Source: an uncultured Spirochaetales bacterium (lineage in GTDB: Bacteria > Spirochaetota > Spirochaetia > Sphaerochaetales > Sphaerochaetaceae). Taken from it: DNA of 64,000 bases. The notes beneath the pieces were generated by a model. It ran no database searches. It worked only from the letters and a program-made list of their open reading frames with translations, and had not been told where the DNA came from. The position numbers were made by a program, and so were the translations under genes. This document shows positions 62,781 to 64,000 of the stretch, one piece after another. The stretch lies in the NCBI GenBank assembly GCA_902781545.1, contig CACZJR010000002.1, forward strand, positions 5,134-69,133. The letters are read 5' to 3'. How positions within the stretch are numbered: the stretch's first letter is position 1; every line of letters begins with the position of its first letter.

Positions 62781-63938
62781 TCAATTGAAGAAAGTCGCAG
62801 TGTCAATCTTCTGGTAACCGCCGAAGCTTGTGGGATAACTGAAGATCTCAGAAGCAAGCGGTTTGCCCAGGAAGACCTTTGTTATCTCGTCCATCTTGGC
62901 TGCAAGATCAACATCAGAAAACAGCTCAGGATAAACGGATTTGGCGATGAACCATGTGTTCGCAAGGGCCAGCTCATAGTTGGTGTAATATGCATTGAAG
63001 GCCATCTGGAGGTACACCTCCCCGTCCTGCCATGCCTTGCAGGAACTGAACATCCCAGGGTCCTCCTTGAAGAGCGGCTTGACGTTCTTCACGGCGGCGG
63101 CATCCATCACAATGATGTCGATGTCCTTCCCCAGGGCCTCGAAATACTCCTTCTCAATGGCCTGGACGCCCTTGTTGGTCAGACCTGATGCGGCATTCCT
63201 GACATTGGCCACATCAAAGGCCACATAGTTTGGCATTGTCATCAGGTGGTTGGCGGTGCCCCAGTTCCCGAGACCGCAGATGTAGACCGACGGCTTCTGG
63301 TCCTCAGCCACAGAGGTTGTCCTTGCAGAGATCGCCGCTCTCTCCGAATCAATGAAAGAGATGAGATTCTCAGCGCGCTCCTCTTTTCCGAAAAGCTGTC
63401 CGAGAAGCCTGAGTGAACCCTTGAATGAGTCATCAAAGACATTGTTCGGACCGGATCTGAGTGTGATCACCGGCACCCCCAGCTGCTCCTGAAGCGCATT
63501 CTCCTTGTCCACATCCTCATACTCAGAGATCACTATGTCCGGGTTGCAGGACAGGATCTTCTCCGCCTCCGCTGCCTGGGCCTGAGGTCCGCCGACACCG
63601 CATGACGGAAGACGGGAGAGCTCACTCTCATATGCAATCCTGTAAGGAATGGCAACAGAGTCAAACATCTTGGGCCTGTTCTGCAATGATGTGTTGTCTA
63701 TGTCCTCAACACCGCACAGAAGATCAGCCCCGTTTATGTAGCTGTACATCCTCAGGGCTCCTGCACCGATGCACACAACCCGGGTATAGCTTCCCGGCAC
63801 AACCTCGACTTCCCTTCCTATCATGTCCTTGACCACAACGGAGGAAGCATTCGATGTGCTCTCCGAAACGGGTGTAGCGCATACTGCCGTAACGGCCAAA
63901 ACAAGAGTTGCGAACAGAACAAACAGTCTCCTCATCAT
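62781..63938 (-). CDS. ABC transporter substrate-binding protein, siderophore/cobalamin (type 8, FecB/BtuF-like) family
   Basis: 385 aa with a signal peptide and RVVCIGAGALR.. and DIVI.. blocks typical of periplasmic-binding-protein family 8. Confidence 0.65.
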   Translation of the reverse strand: MMRRLFVLFATLVLAVTAVCATPVSESTSNASSVVVKDMIGREVEVVPGSYTRVVCIGAGALRMYSYINGADLLCGVEDIDNTSLQNRPKMFDSVAIPYRIAYESELSRLPSCGVGGPQAQAAEAEKILSCNPDIVISEYEDVDKENALQEQLGVPVITLRSGPNNVFDDSFKGSLRLLGQLFGKEERAENLISFIDSERAAISARTTSVAEDQKPSVYICGLGNWGTANHLMTMPNYVAFDVANVRNAASGLTNKGVQAIEKEYFEALGKDIDIIVMDAAAVKNVKPLFKEDPGMFSSCKAWQDGEVYLQMAFNAYYTNYELALANTWFIAKSVYPELFSDVDLAAKMDEITKVFLGKPLASEIFSYPTSFGGYQKIDTATFFN

Positions 63939-64000
63939 TTTCCTGACTCCCTATAATAATGGATTATTCTCTCCCCACAGCTGTCCACCACCCTGGCGTC

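Overview
This is a 64-kb bacterial chromosomal window of about 53% GC. I call about 58 protein genes, most on the minus strand, and found no rRNA, tRNA or CRISPR. The taxon cannot be assigned from sequence alone; the gene content suggests an anaerobic, peptide-using bacterium that has sigma-54.

Gene order from left to right:
- paaK (cut by the window edge), a SpoIIE-type phosphatase and a PreA-like Fe-S flavoenzyme.
- Four hydrolase genes in a row.
- An Opp/Dpp-type ABC operon and a divergent GntR regulator.
- A 19-kb same-strand block (15301..34224), described below.
- A sigma-54/PrpR-type regulon with tctCBA and three enzymes.
- Two Feo iron transport systems, aldo/keto reductases, a heavy-metal-associated (HMA) gene, two symporters and a PLP decarboxylase.
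- A RayT/IS200-like HUH transposase flanked by inverted 9-nt-periodic repeat arrays.
- An amino-acid ABC system whose fused binding-domain gene carries a recent 753-bp internal duplication.

The most interesting locus is the 19-kb block. It begins with MoxR, a DUF58 protein and a DUF4129 membrane protein, which overlap a clear poly-gamma-glutamate (PGA) synthase core, pgsB-pgsC. Next come a secreted protein, a permease, an unlisted 57-aa peptide and an M14-like hydrolase. A three-gene module is then present twice: two secreted C69 Ntn-cysteine peptidases plus an orphan secreted protein. The block ends with a probable PGA system protein and an M20 peptidase. I propose it as a candidate undescribed system for synthesis and turnover of a gamma-linked polymer, but that function is inferred, not shown.

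Other sequence-level signals:
- A perfect sigma-54 promoter with TGCAA-type upstream sites.
- DtxR/IdeR-like iron boxes and a 13-mer shared by two metal loci.
- A 200-nt structured leader ahead of the ABC ATPase.
- Several rho-independent terminators.

The ORF track uses GTG and TTG as well as ATG starts, so I trimmed several ORF starts to internal ATGs that have good Shine-Dalgarno (SD) sites.
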